Translations under genes and position numbers: made by a program
Notes under the pieces: model-generated
Seen by the model: the letters and a program-made list of their open reading frames with translations, nothing else
The model's database searches: none
What the model was told of the DNA's origin: nothing
DNA from: an uncultured Phycisphaerales bacterium
Lineage (GTDB): Bacteria; Planctomycetota; Phycisphaerae; Tepidisphaerales; Tepidisphaeraceae
DNA: 64,000 bases
Direction of reading: 5' to 3'
Assembly: GCA_963755915.1 (NCBI GenBank)
Contig: CAVWLP010000002.1
Coordinates: forward strand, 4,064,001-4,128,000
Part shown: in pieces, positions 1 through 10,475 of the stretch
Numbering within the stretch: the stretch's first letter is position 1
Layout of the letters: each line of letters starts with the position of its first letter

Positions 1-1055
1 TTTCGCATCGTCGGTGATCTGCAGCATGCGCCAGCTCCACAAGACGCTGCCGATGGCGGCGCAGGTTTCGTTGTGTGCGGTCGATTGGGGGAGCTGATAA
101 TTGCGGCCGAAGGACTGGTGGACGCGGGTGATGGTTTCCTGCGCGGCAGAGCCGTCGGGCGATGCGCCGTCGAAGAGCGCGCCGCAGCCGCCGGTGATAA
201 AGAGCTTGTGGGAAACCAGGTCCTGCCAGGTGGCGGTTAGGACTGGCATGAGGGATGGGTCGCCGGTCTCGGCATAGATATCGGCGGCGCCGGCGTAGAG
301 ATAGGTCGCGCGCACGGCGTGGCCGACAATTTGTTTCTGCTGTTTCAGGGGGACACGGTCCTGGTTGTCGTCGTCGCCGTTTTTAACCAGGTCGCGCATC
401 GCCAGGAGCTTGGTTGCGAGGTGGAGATATTTCTCGTCGCGCGTGGTTCGATATAAATCGATCAGTCCCATGAGGTGGGATGGGCAGATGCCGTGCCGGG
501 CCACTTCCGGCGTGGGGTTCTCGAAGTGAACGGCGAGAAAATCGGCGGCCTTGCGGGCGATCGAAAGCAAATTGGATTTGCCGGTGGCGGCGTGGTGTGT
601 GCATGCGGCCGACATCAGGTGGCCCATGTTGTACATCTCGAAATCCATCGGATTGCCGAAGCGGGGGACGGTTTCGCCGGCGCTGGCGGATCTGGACGTC
701 GGTGTGAATGTAGCCGTCGGGATCCTGCGCGGGCGAGGAGGGCGATGAGGCGATCCATTTCGCGATCGAGGGAGGAATCGCGGCTCAGGGCGAATGTCGC
801 GGCAGCGGCCTCGAGCCATTTAAAGAAATCACCGTCGTCCCATTTGGCGCCGTGATGTTTTCCCTCGGTTGAGCCGGCGGCGACCTCGAAGTTTCCAACA
901 AAGCGCCCGCGCTCGGTCTCCTGCATCAGGCGGCCCATGGCGGGGACCATGGCCGTTTTGCAATTCTCGAAACGATCGGCCCAGAAGCCGGTGGTCCATC
1001 GCGTTTCGCCCAGGGCGGGGGGGTGAAGGCGTCGGGGTTGGATGGGATTAGCCAT
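1..1055 (-). CDS. GH127 glycoside hydrolase, aceric acid hydrolase-like (partial, runs off window start; frameshift near 725)
   Basis: N-terminus 'RWTTGFWADRF...NFEVAAG...DGDFFKWLEA'. After a frameshift it reads 'VGHAVRATYLYAGAAD' and 'GCGALFDGASPDG...HQSFGRNYQLPQSTAHNETCAAIG', which are GH127 motifs; the GASPDG insert resembles the B. thetaiotaomicron BT1003 type. ATG at 1055, no signal peptide. Confidence 0.85.
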
Positions 1056-1063
1056 GTGGATAA

Positions 1064-4000
1064 TTATTGATGGACGAGCCAAAGGATGTTCATGCCGCTC
1101 GTGGGGGGTTTGAATTCTGTGCCCTGGGATTCCAACAGTTCGCCTGTGCGCGGGTTGATCCAACGCTGGACGTAGGACGATTTTCCCGCGGGCAAATCGA
1201 AGTCGATCGCGCCACGGCCGATTTTATAGATCAGGAAATTTTGATTCGAGTCGGCGAGCGCGTATTCACCGGCAGCGGGCGGCGAGATCGGGTGCATATT
1301 GGGGATGGCGGCGAGGAGCCGGGAATCCATGTGAGTGCGGATATCGGGAAGCGACCCGCCGGCCATCAGCGCGGCCCAGCCGAACTCCGCCTGGCCGTCG
1401 GCGGAATAGATGACGGCTTTGTCCGGATATTTTTCCCGATATTCACGAACGGCCCGGTAGACCTGCGCGAACGAGCTGTTCTTGTGAGGGAAAACCCGCT
1501 CGAGCTGGCGGGGCGACAGATTCAGTCCGCCGGCGGGGGCGTATGGTTTGCCGTCTACCTGATACCACCAGTAGCGAATGTCGATGACCGAGACGATCGG
1601 GGCTCGTTTCGGATCGCGCAGGATATCATCCTGCACATCCTTGGTGGCGCTCAGGCCCACGATGACCTGTTTGCCGGTGTCGTGTTCCCACTGGGCGACC
1701 GTGTCGATCCAGAACTGCATGAAAGCCAGAGGACCGGTGAACTCGGCGCCGGTAAGCTGGATCACGTTGGTGTCGTTGGCCTGTTCGTCGAGGCAATGGC
1801 GGATGTAGGCGCGATAGATTTCGCAGCGGTGGGCGTTGGTCATGTCGTAGAACTGGCCCGCCATGAAAATGCGCTTGTCGCCGGCAAACGGGGGCGGCTC
1901 GGGGAATCCCATGTCGTTGATGTTGTTGGCGCTTCGCCAGGGACAACTTGCCCAGTGGGCTCCGGCCTCGATGATGTTGTGCTGGAAAAACTGCTGATTG
2001 ATGAGCACGAGGCCCTTGCTATCGCAAAGCTGAGCGAATTGCTTGAGCCGATTGAAGTACCAGGGATTGTAGCGCGTCAAATCGTATTTGCTGAGGCCGT
2101 CCCACGCCTGGCCCTGTCCGCTGCGCAGAAATGGCAGCTCGTAGAATGGCGGCCAAACATTGCCGTTCATCCGGCGGACGCGCTCGTGATCGTCATCCCG
2201 CTCGTCGTACCAGAGGGCGTAGTGATGCTCGATGCCAATCATGTGACTCTTGGCCATGGAATCGGTGAGCTCGTCGAGATCATCGGTCAGGCCCGGGCCA
2301 TCGCGGCCGGGGACGAATCGTGTGAGGCATGGCTTATTCTTGGGAATGTCGGATGGACGAATCCCGCCGAGCCACCACTGGACTTCATCGCGCCCGCCGG
2401 CGGCGAGGTTGCCGGAAATGATGCAAAGGCCGTTTTTGATCGTAAGCGGCTGATTGATACCCTGCGGCGGTGGAGGGGCAGGGGGAATTTCGTCGATCGA
2501 CTTCGCGCCGCTTTGGTCAGAGGGGATGGGAAGGCGCTCGCTGACTTTGTCGATCCAATCGGACAACAGCGGGCCCGGTTGATTGGACTCGGCAATGAGC
2601 CACGCGGCCTCGGCGGGGGTGGGGCTGCTGGAGGCGTCGGAGGAAAACATCATTAGATCGGCGCGCTGGTCGGCGTCGGAAATCCCGCGATCGGCGAGCT
2701 GGGCGTAATAGAGACTGTACGGTTTGACGGAGGCGTTGCTGTCGGCCCAGGCGCCGTCGCCGGAGAATTCGCCCCAGCATCCGAACGCCCAGTTCTGCGC
2801 GGTCGGGGGTTTGGGACAGACCAGCAGAGAAGCATCGCACTGCCACAGGACAGAATTCGCGGCCGACCAGCCGATGAATTCGTCTTCGTATCCCCGGTTC
2901 CCGAGATTGATTGCGTTGCCGTCGATGCGAACATTGTCGAACAGGACCCCGGACGCCCAACTGTCGATCGACCCGCTATCGTCGAGCGGATTGACGGCCT
3001 CGCACTGCACGAATGCGTTGGGTCCCGCGGCGCAGCAGCCCACGGAAAAATCATGACGGCCAAATTCAGACCAGCAGGCTTTGAAGAGCGTCAGTTGGCC
3101 GGTGGTATAAAAGGTGTGGCGGCGATAGCCGGCGATTTCGGAGACCGGGGCGAGGGATCGGCAATCTTCCACAGTGATCTGGCTGGCGGTTTCGAACACC
3201 GACACCGCCGAACCGGCGAAATGCGTCGTGGTGATTCGGCGCACCCAGGCGTTACGCACGTTTTCGAGCGATACCGCGATCCAGGAATGCGCTTCGTCTT
3301 TTGGATTGGCGGGATCGCAGGCGGATTCGCACGCCAGGCTTTCGACGCCGACTTGGGAGATTTGGCCCGGCCACCGGAATTTTGCGATCGTGCCGCCGCC
3401 AAAAGCGGCATCGATGGCGGTGGTGATGGGGGCGTCGATCGTAATCTGATTTGCGGAGACGGCGACAATGGTGCGGTCCCAGGTGATGTTGCGCGTGCTC
3501 GGTTTCCAGCCCAGCCCAATGCCGCCGCCGACGTCGGCCATTGCGAGGGCTTTGATCCACTCGGCCGTGCAGGGGCGAACGATTGCGACGGGATCGCCCA
3601 CCTTGAATTGACTGGGATCGGCAACGTGGAATTGGGTTGCATTAACGGGAACGTAAGAATCGGTGATTGAAGCGGGGTGGCCTTCGATTTCCCGATCGCT
3701 CGCTCCCTTGATGGTGATGAGTGTCCGGCGGTCCACGCCAGTGGCGACCAGCAGGGTTCCTCCGTCGCCAGGGCCCTGACCGCGCAGCACAATTCCTGAT
3801 TGCAGCAGGGTAATTCCACCGGCCACCTCGAATTTCCCACTTTGAAGCAGAACGGCGCCGCGGAAACCGTCGGCGTCGGGCTTCAGCGACGCGACATAAT
3901 CGATGGCGGCCTGGATGCGCGCGGTGTTGTCGACAGCGATGGGAGTTACGATCACACGAACCGGCACGTTTGGAATCGGGACTCGGCCCTGCATGTAGCC

Positions 4001-4183
4001 CGCGTACGAAAAATCGGGAACGCGATTGCCGTGAGCGTCCTGGGTGTAGGAGAGCGCGCCGCCCTCATATTGGATGGCCGGTTCAGACTCCGGCGAAGCC
4101 GCCAGGGAAAGGGCCGACAGAATCAGAATCGCGACCATGACCAGCGAGACAAAGTGAAATCTTGAAAGGCGGTCATGCATCAT
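1064..4183 (-). CDS. Secreted two-domain putative CAZyme: N-terminal beta-helix (pectate lyase-3-like) plus C-terminal DUF6298-like domain
   Basis: 1039-aa ORF with signal peptide. 'GNRVPDFSYAGY...DNTARIQAAIDYVA...GAVLL' is a beta-helix cap, followed by a Pro-rich linker and a C-terminal domain 'HHYALWYDER...YELPF..SGQG.AWDGLSKYDLT'. Confidence 0.7.
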   Translation of the reverse strand: MMHDRLSRFHFVSLVMVAILILSALSLAASPESEPAIQYEGGALSYTQDAHGNRVPDFSYAGYMQGRVPIPNVPVRVIVTPIAVDNTARIQAAIDYVASLKPDADGFRGAVLLQSGKFEVAGGITLLQSGIVLRGQGPGDGGTLLVATGVDRRTLITIKGASDREIEGHPASITDSYVPVNATQFHVADPSQFKVGDPVAIVRPCTAEWIKALAMADVGGGIGLGWKPSTRNITWDRTIVAVSANQITIDAPITTAIDAAFGGGTIAKFRWPGQISQVGVESLACESACDPANPKDEAHSWIAVSLENVRNAWVRRITTTHFAGSAVSVFETASQITVEDCRSLAPVSEIAGYRRHTFYTTGQLTLFKACWSEFGRHDFSVGCCAAGPNAFVQCEAVNPLDDSGSIDSWASGVLFDNVRIDGNAINLGNRGYEDEFIGWSAANSVLWQCDASLLVCPKPPTAQNWAFGCWGEFSGDGAWADSNASVKPYSLYYAQLADRGISDADQRADLMMFSSDASSSPTPAEAAWLIAESNQPGPLLSDWIDKVSERLPIPSDQSGAKSIDEIPPAPPPPQGINQPLTIKNGLCIISGNLAAGGRDEVQWWLGGIRPSDIPKNKPCLTRFVPGRDGPGLTDDLDELTDSMAKSHMIGIEHHYALWYDERDDDHERVRRMNGNVWPPFYELPFLRSGQGQAWDGLSKYDLTRYNPWYFNRLKQFAQLCDSKGLVLINQQFFQHNIIEAGAHWASCPWRSANNINDMGFPEPPPFAGDKRIFMAGQFYDMTNAHRCEIYRAYIRHCLDEQANDTNVIQLTGAEFTGPLAFMQFWIDTVAQWEHDTGKQVIVGLSATKDVQDDILRDPKRAPIVSVIDIRYWWYQVDGKPYAPAGGLNLSPRQLERVFPHKNSSFAQVYRAVREYREKYPDKAVIYSADGQAEFGWAALMAGGSLPDIRTHMDSRLLAAIPNMHPISPPAAGEYALADSNQNFLIYKIGRGAIDFDLPAGKSSYVQRWINPRTGELLESQGTEFKPPTSGMNILWLVHQ

Positions 4184-4195
4184 TGTGAACTCGAC

Positions 4196-5680
4196 TCAGC
4201 TCAACGAGCGAAGCACATCCAGCGTCACAATCGGCCGAAGCTCTTGCGCATGTCCAACCGACTTACCGTCGAGAAACACCGTCAGGCCCGCTTCGCGCTT
4301 GAATTTGCTCCCATCGCGATCCCAGAGAATGGTAAGCAGCGATCCGTGATAGGGAACGTCCTGAAGGCAGAACCAATCCCACGCGTCCGCCGGCAGGAGG
4401 GGGGCGATTTCGATCTTTTCATCGCCGCGCGGCACCACCCCGACCAGCCCGGCGATTACCAGGTCGCAAAACGTGGAATGATTGTAATAACGGCTTCGTG
4501 GGTTATCTCCCTTGAGCCATCGGCCGTTGACTTCATCGAGGTATTCGCCGATGTACGGCTTGTCGTTGTCCCAGTGCTGCGATTTGACGTAGGTGTTCAT
4601 CCCCTCGAAATAGTGCCGCTTTTCGACCGGCGGATTGGGGTAATGCCGCAAAACATTCGCCAGCGCCGTCAGCGTCTGCGAGGTCGCAAACGGCCAGACC
4701 GCCCCGTCCCATTCGCAATCGCCAACCCCGTGGGAACGGAATTTTGGATGCCGGCGTTCAGCGGTGGTAATCCCCAGCGGGGCCCAGAATCCCTTCGGAT
4801 CGATAAGCTGCGCCCAGGCACCTTCATACCCGGCGTCGGGAAGGCGGAAATACCAGGGGATAAAGCCTATTTCCTCTCGCGCATCGCACAGTCCATCGAC
4901 GTGCGTCTGGGCCTTGAAGAATGGCGCGGAGGGGTCCCAGAGCTTTTCAAGCACGAGCGATTTGAGCCGGGCCGCTTTTCCCAGGTGCGTTGTTTCTACA
5001 TCGGCTCGGCCGATGTGCCGCGCGATTGCGGCGATCGCGGTGGCGTTGGCAAACATGTAGCTGTTGATGGTGGGCCGCGCGTTCTTGTCGGTACGCGACC
5101 CGCTGATCGACTCCTCCATGCCGTCGCGAACGTCGAACTGCCAGAAAAGACCGCTGGGCAGAAGCTTTTCGTCTTCCCATTTCCCGTAATCGGCGATCAG
5201 ATCGTCAAAGAGGTCGAGCATCTGATGATGATCGCCGGTGACCAGGAACCGCTCGTACACGGCCGAGGCGATCCAACTGCTGTAATTGTGGAATTTGGGC
5301 TCGGGCTTGCCGCCGTCGCCGCGGAACCAGAATCGAACGTATTCGTCCAGATATTGCGGATTGCGAATCCACCGTCCTTCAGCGATGTGATGTCCGAGCG
5401 CGCAGCTAATGGAGTTATAAGCGCCGGCGTGTTTGACCGGCGTGAGGAACTCGGTGACGATTATTCCCGCCGGGGTTTGGGCGATATGCTTGCGATAGGT
5501 CCACCAGCGAAAATAATACATCTGCTCCATCGCCGGGTCCGGGCACGTAAAGAGCGGAATGCGTTCTTTCATCCAATCCCAGGACTGGCTGTTTGGGATC
5601 AGATTGACGACGGTCTCCGGCTCCATCGTGTTGAAGTAGTCGACGTGGTGCTTGAAATTGTCGGCGTCGAGGATTGGCAT
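4196..5680 (-). CDS. (alpha/alpha)6 glycoside hydrolase, GH142/MGH1-like (candidate beta-L-arabinofuranosidase)
   Basis: 'HVDYFNTME...IPLFTCPD..MEQMYYFRWWTYRKHI...ISCALGHHIAEGRW', 'DVRDGMEESISG' and 'YYNHSTFCDLVI' resemble the C-terminal GH142 domain of BT1020. No signal peptide. Confidence 0.7.
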   Translation of the reverse strand: MPILDADNFKHHVDYFNTMEPETVVNLIPNSQSWDWMKERIPLFTCPDPAMEQMYYFRWWTYRKHIAQTPAGIIVTEFLTPVKHAGAYNSISCALGHHIAEGRWIRNPQYLDEYVRFWFRGDGGKPEPKFHNYSSWIASAVYERFLVTGDHHQMLDLFDDLIADYGKWEDEKLLPSGLFWQFDVRDGMEESISGSRTDKNARPTINSYMFANATAIAAIARHIGRADVETTHLGKAARLKSLVLEKLWDPSAPFFKAQTHVDGLCDAREEIGFIPWYFRLPDAGYEGAWAQLIDPKGFWAPLGITTAERRHPKFRSHGVGDCEWDGAVWPFATSQTLTALANVLRHYPNPPVEKRHYFEGMNTYVKSQHWDNDKPYIGEYLDEVNGRWLKGDNPRSRYYNHSTFCDLVIAGLVGVVPRGDEKIEIAPLLPADAWDWFCLQDVPYHGSLLTILWDRDGSKFKREAGLTVFLDGKSVGHAQELRPIVTLDVLRSLS

Positions 5681-5683
5681 CGC

Positions 5684-8435
5684 TTACTTCTCCATCGTCA
5701 GGTGGGCGTCGCGCGGGGTAATCTCGACCGACCGGAGAATTACCCCCAGCACGATGAAGCTCCCGGAGCCGTGCACTTCGAGTTTATGCTGTCCCGCGCC
5801 GTAATACTGCGTGTAAACATCGACGGCCGGCAGGCCGGGAATGGCGACGGCATTGCGAATGAGCGGCGCTGTGCTGCCACGCTCCGCCGCCAGGGCGTCG
5901 GTTTCCAGTTGCGGCGGCTGGAGCCACTTTTTGTCCTCGGAATTGAAATACCCGATCAACACCTGAACCGGCTGTGACGTGGAAAACTCGATCGGTTGGT
6001 AATTGCCGGTTCTAGTTTCCTTCTCAGAGATACGGATTCCCACAAGGCCGCGCAATTCGGGCGCAACCGACATGATAACGTCAGCCCGATCCGAAAAAAC
6101 CGCGGCCCCCACGCGCACCGTAAAAGTGTCTTCGTTCTTGCCGATCAATTCAAAAGCCGCGGGCGGCAGGGGCTTGATCGAAGCTTCGTCAACGGTCTGC
6201 GACGTCCCATGTTGAATCTCATCGACGCGCCGGCGGAATTCGATCAGCTCATTTTCGTAAAGCGGCAGTAGCTGGCCCCAGAGATAATTCGCCGGTTTGC
6301 GAAAGATCGCGCCGGGTACCGGAATCTGCCGCTGGCTCGTCTGCATGGCGTTGGCGAATTGGTAATGTGCGTCGGCCAGCCTGGCCAGCGTGCGATAGTA
6401 TTCCAGACTTTGGGCCAGAAATTCTGATGCCTTGACCATGTCGCCGGGATCATTGCTGCATTGATAGCGAAGAACCAGCAGCGCGGCATTGGCCTTGCGC
6501 AATACGACTGCGACATCGCGCGGATGCAGTAAATGTCGTTGCGCAGGCGATCGAATTCCGGCTTGTTTGCGGTGACGGACGGCGCGGCAGCATCGATCTC
6601 ATCGACGGCCTTCTTTGAGAAATCGAGCACCTCCGAAATAATCTGCGGAGGCGTTTCGCCGACGTGCGGCTGGTGTTTCCATTCCCGATCGGCGTATTCG
6701 TCCAAGCGCTCTCCGGGCGGAGACTGCGATAACCACAACTCCTCAAATGCGTGGTAGTCGCCTGGATTCACCAGTTCGTCGAGGGTCATTCCCAACGACA
6801 GCGTCTGGCGATTGCCTTCGGTGATTCCGAAGCGGCGGATGAGGCGCAGGCGCATTCTCCCGAGTCGTTGTAAGCGGCAAGAATGTCCTCGGCAGCGCCG
6901 GGACCGTACATCGACGCCAGCCGCGAAACCCAGTATGCGTGATCGGTCGCTTCGTCGATATCCGGGTTCCAGGAATAACGTGCCCAGCTTTCGAACCAGA
7001 TCCAATCCCGATCCCACTGTCTCAGCGGAGGATCGGCGATGTCGGGAGAATCCGGCCAGTTCCAGTAGGAAAGGGGATAAAGATGCACTCCCCGGGCGCC
7101 AAGCCGGTCGCGTGCGGCGATGACGCATTGTTTGATGAATCGCTGATCGCCGTAGCGGAAGGGCTCGAGGTTGGCCAGGATATGAACATTAACAATGTGG
7201 GTAGAAACGAGCTTGCTCATTGCCAAATGAAGCGCCTGGCGAACGCCCCGCGGCTCGGAAGTCGTCAGCGATTCGCCGTTGTATTTTTCCAACGTATAAA
7301 TGTTGTGGTAGACCTTGAGGGCGGCGGGAATGACAATTCGCGGATCGGTTGCGTGGGCGCGGATGATGACCGGCGGCTCATTGGTCAGATGGGCCTGGGC
7401 CATTCCGTCTTTAATGCCGGGCAGGATTACCTGGGTGCACCACCGGACCTGATTGTCGATCCCCTGCAGCGCTTCTCCCAGGCAGAACATCAGTCCAACG
7501 CCGGGATACTGCCGGACGAATTCGGCGATCGATTTGCGGGTGTAGTCCGCCACCAGCGGGGTTGGCGTCGAGAGCTGCGTGTCGATGCCGTTGTGCTCGG
7601 CGAAAGGCTTCGAGACCAGGATGTTATAGAAGCACTGAATGACCCAGATGCCCCGCCGGTCGGCTTCCTTGACGATAAACCGAAACATCTCGACGTTGCG
7701 CTGGAAGGTTTCTTCCGGCACTTCAAGCCCGTAGGGGTAATCCTTCAGCTTAACCAGCGATGCGAAGGGATGGCCGCTCCATAGATAGAGCGTGTTCATC
7801 CGATTCTTCACCATAAAATCGAGATACTGCTGCCAGAACTGCTTGTCGTAGAAGAACGGGAAGAGGGCGGGCGTATACGGATATTCGTAGGCATGGCGAC
7901 CTGGCAGGATAAATGTTTTCTGCATGCCGATGCAGGCTCCCCGCAGCTTGAACGCGGGTGCGTCAATAAAATTGAGGTGGTCGGGCAGCCCCTTGGCGTT
8001 TTCAACGCGATCCGCCAATTCGAGGCATCCGTAAAGCTCCCCCGAGTCGTCCGCCCCGACCACGGCAATCTGATTCGCGCTGGTGGTAGCGAGGAGAAAC
8101 CCCTCGCTCTTTAGCGCAGTGGGATTCACGCTGAGGCTCTTGGAGAGGACAAGGGATTCGATGGATGGCGAGTGAAGCGTGCCGACGATAATTTTCGATA
8201 ACTCCGGATCGCCGTCGCGCACCACCGAGCCCTGAAGTCCAATGGAGTCAATCGCATCCACCAAACGCGAGGCGCCAAATTCCACGCGCGAGGCCGCGTC
8301 CTGATCGATGTGAATCGCAATTGATTCTCCCCAGGAGACCCGCGCGATCAGGCAAAAGCAGACAAAAACCGGCGGCAGTGCGAAGGCCCATCGACGCATT
8401 GTCCCCGGCTGCGCCGAGTCGGCATTAATCGCCAT
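5684..8435 (-). CDS. GH138 alpha-D-galacturonidase (RG-II), split by two frameshifts (~6850, ~6500)
   Basis: 'LRGACIGMQK...YEYPYTP..FPFFYDK..W..YLDFM..NRMNTLYLWSGHPFASLVKL' is typical of BT0997-type GH138. It continues in ORFs 6244..7128 and 5684..6502. Signal peptide present. Confidence 0.85.
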
Positions 8436-9966
8436 GGTTGCGAACTTCCTGCTGCGCCGTCGCCGGAATTCCGCCCACGCGCTTGATCCGCAGCGCGATA
8501 TATGGTTTGCCGGGCAATTTCACGGTCTTTTGCGCCTCCGCACGGTATCGATACGTGCTGTCCGCCACGATCTTAAAGGTTTCCTCAACCGGGGTCACGC
8601 TCATGTTCCAGGTGTCGATGATTTCGGCCTTGAATTCCATGCCGGCCGCCAAACGATCGCGCGGAAGCTCGAAAACAAACTCCGTGGGACTCTGCTTTCC
8701 AAAATAGATCAGATAATATTCGCCCGCCTTTCCGGCGGTTTGCAAATCCTGCCATTTGTCGATCGGCTCGATCCCCTCGCGGGGAGCGGAATCCAGAATC
8801 TGCCTGAGAAAGGCCAGTCGGCTGGGGCTTTGCCCGTGCAGCGTTCCGCCTCGAGCCCACCACATGATGTCTTTGGGATGCAAATAAGTTTCCCCGTGAC
8901 CAACGTAAGTGCCCGCGATAATCCCTTGCCAGAAACGATAAACCATTTCCTCCGCGGAGATATCTCCCCAGCGCTGCGGCAGGTTCCCCTCGTATTTCAC
9001 TTCATCGAAAATGATCGGTTTGTTATAGACGTCGCGGTAAATACCGGCACGGCCGAAATCCTGAACGGCCGATCCGTTCTGGATGCTGGCGTGAGTGACC
9101 CACGGCTTGTTGTGATCGTAGATCCCCTTGCCGTTATGGATCGATCGCAGCCGTCCGTACGGGTCGGTTTTCTGCACGATCTGGAAATAGCGGTCCCAGT
9201 CGGAGACCGTCTTTTCTTTTATGAAGTCGAATTCGTTGGCCATTGACCACCAGACGTTGGAGAACGCCGCCAGCCGCGCGACCACGTACTTGATATAGCG
9301 CTCGTTGGCGCCTTCGTCCATGCGGTCAAAGCCCCAGTGTCCCTCGTCGTAGGGATGGAAGAGAATCACATCCGCCTGAATGCCCAAATCGCGCAACTGT
9401 TGAATGCGCTTTTCCTGATGTTGAAAGAATTTCGGATTGAACCGCGTGAAGTCCCACCTGTTGGGCGGCGTTCCTTCAAATGGATAAAGCGACGGCTCGC
9501 TTCCGTTGTAGGCATACCGCTTCGGGAAAACGCACATTCGAATCTTGTTAAAGGGAGAATTTGCCAGGGCCGCGAGCGTCTGCTCTTCGATGGCTTCGCC
9601 CTGGTGGGTCCATGCGTAGCACGTCGTGCCGATCTGGTAGTACGGCGTGCCGTCGGCATAGGCGAAATGAAACGTGTTGTGAACGCGCACGGGTCCATGG
9701 TTCTGCGGCCCCGCTGCCGCGCATTCAAACCCCCCCGTCTTTCCGTCGAGCGCCGGAGAATTGCTTTGCGTCCGGTAACGCCACTGCCCGATGGCGTCCG
9801 GCATGAAACGAATCCGGTACGTCCCCTCGCCGTCATAGAACCCGCCCACGCTGAATTTCCGGTCGCCTTGAGAAAACTCGGCGGAAACGTCAACGTCAAG
9901 GAACGGCCTGCCGTTCGACGGTCCTTCCAGCGCAGCTTCGAAAACGTCCCACTGTTTAACCAACAC
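8425..9966 (-). CDS. DUF5060-DUF4038-DUF5605 protein, GH140 apiosidase-like
   Basis: 'WDVFE..LEGP..G.PF.DV...GFYDGEGTYRIRFMP' (DUF5060), 'HFAYADGTPYYQIGTTCYAW', 'NVWWSMANEFD' and 'FDEVKYEG' (TIM-barrel catalytic region). No signal peptide. Confidence 0.7.
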   Translation of the reverse strand: MLVKQWDVFEAALEGPSNGRPFLDVDVSAEFSQGDRKFSVGGFYDGEGTYRIRFMPDAIGQWRYRTQSNSPALDGKTGGFECAAAGPQNHGPVRVHNTFHFAYADGTPYYQIGTTCYAWTHQGEAIEEQTLAALANSPFNKIRMCVFPKRYAYNGSEPSLYPFEGTPPNRWDFTRFNPKFFQHQEKRIQQLRDLGIQADVILFHPYDEGHWGFDRMDEGANERYIKYVVARLAAFSNVWWSMANEFDFIKEKTVSDWDRYFQIVQKTDPYGRLRSIHNGKGIYDHNKPWVTHASIQNGSAVQDFGRAGIYRDVYNKPIIFDEVKYEGNLPQRWGDISAEEMVYRFWQGIIAGTYVGHGETYLHPKDIMWWARGGTLHGQSPSRLAFLRQILDSAPREGIEPIDKWQDLQTAGKAGEYYLIYFGKQSPTEFVFELPRDRLAAGMEFKAEIIDTWNMSVTPVEETFKIVADSTYRYRAEAQKTVKLPGKPYIALRIKRVGGIPATAQQEVRNHGD

Positions 9967-10475
9967 GTTGTTCCTCTGTGGAGTGCGTTACTTGCCTTCT
10001 AAATGCGTGAAGCGAAACAGGCAGGGTATGCCTCGACGCTGCCAGCGGTGACCGAACACGCGACACCAAGCTTACTGACAATTATGACACAAATTCTGAC
10101 CCAATTCGATTGAAATTTGGAGGCCGGGAAAAATTGCAATCAACGATTCCACGGCGTCGATGTGCGCAGATGTGAAATTAGCGGGGATTTTCCGTCATCG
10201 TGCGGCCCAGGTTGCGGTAGGCGCTGAATTTTTGGCGCAAAAAACAGAACGGAATGGTTGCGGCGCCGGATTAAAACTCCGCTTGTTTGTGCAAAAAATG
10301 CGTGCGGAGCGTTAGTCCGAAGGCAGTTCGCAATACTCGCCAGCAACGCGTCGGCCGTCGCGGCGATGTACGGGTGTATAATAGAATCGCCATTTTCGCT
10401 TGACTGGGGGCGCGCCAATGCCGGTCAATGATGTCGCACTGCGCGACCACGCTGGTTGCTGGTAAAATCTTTCGC

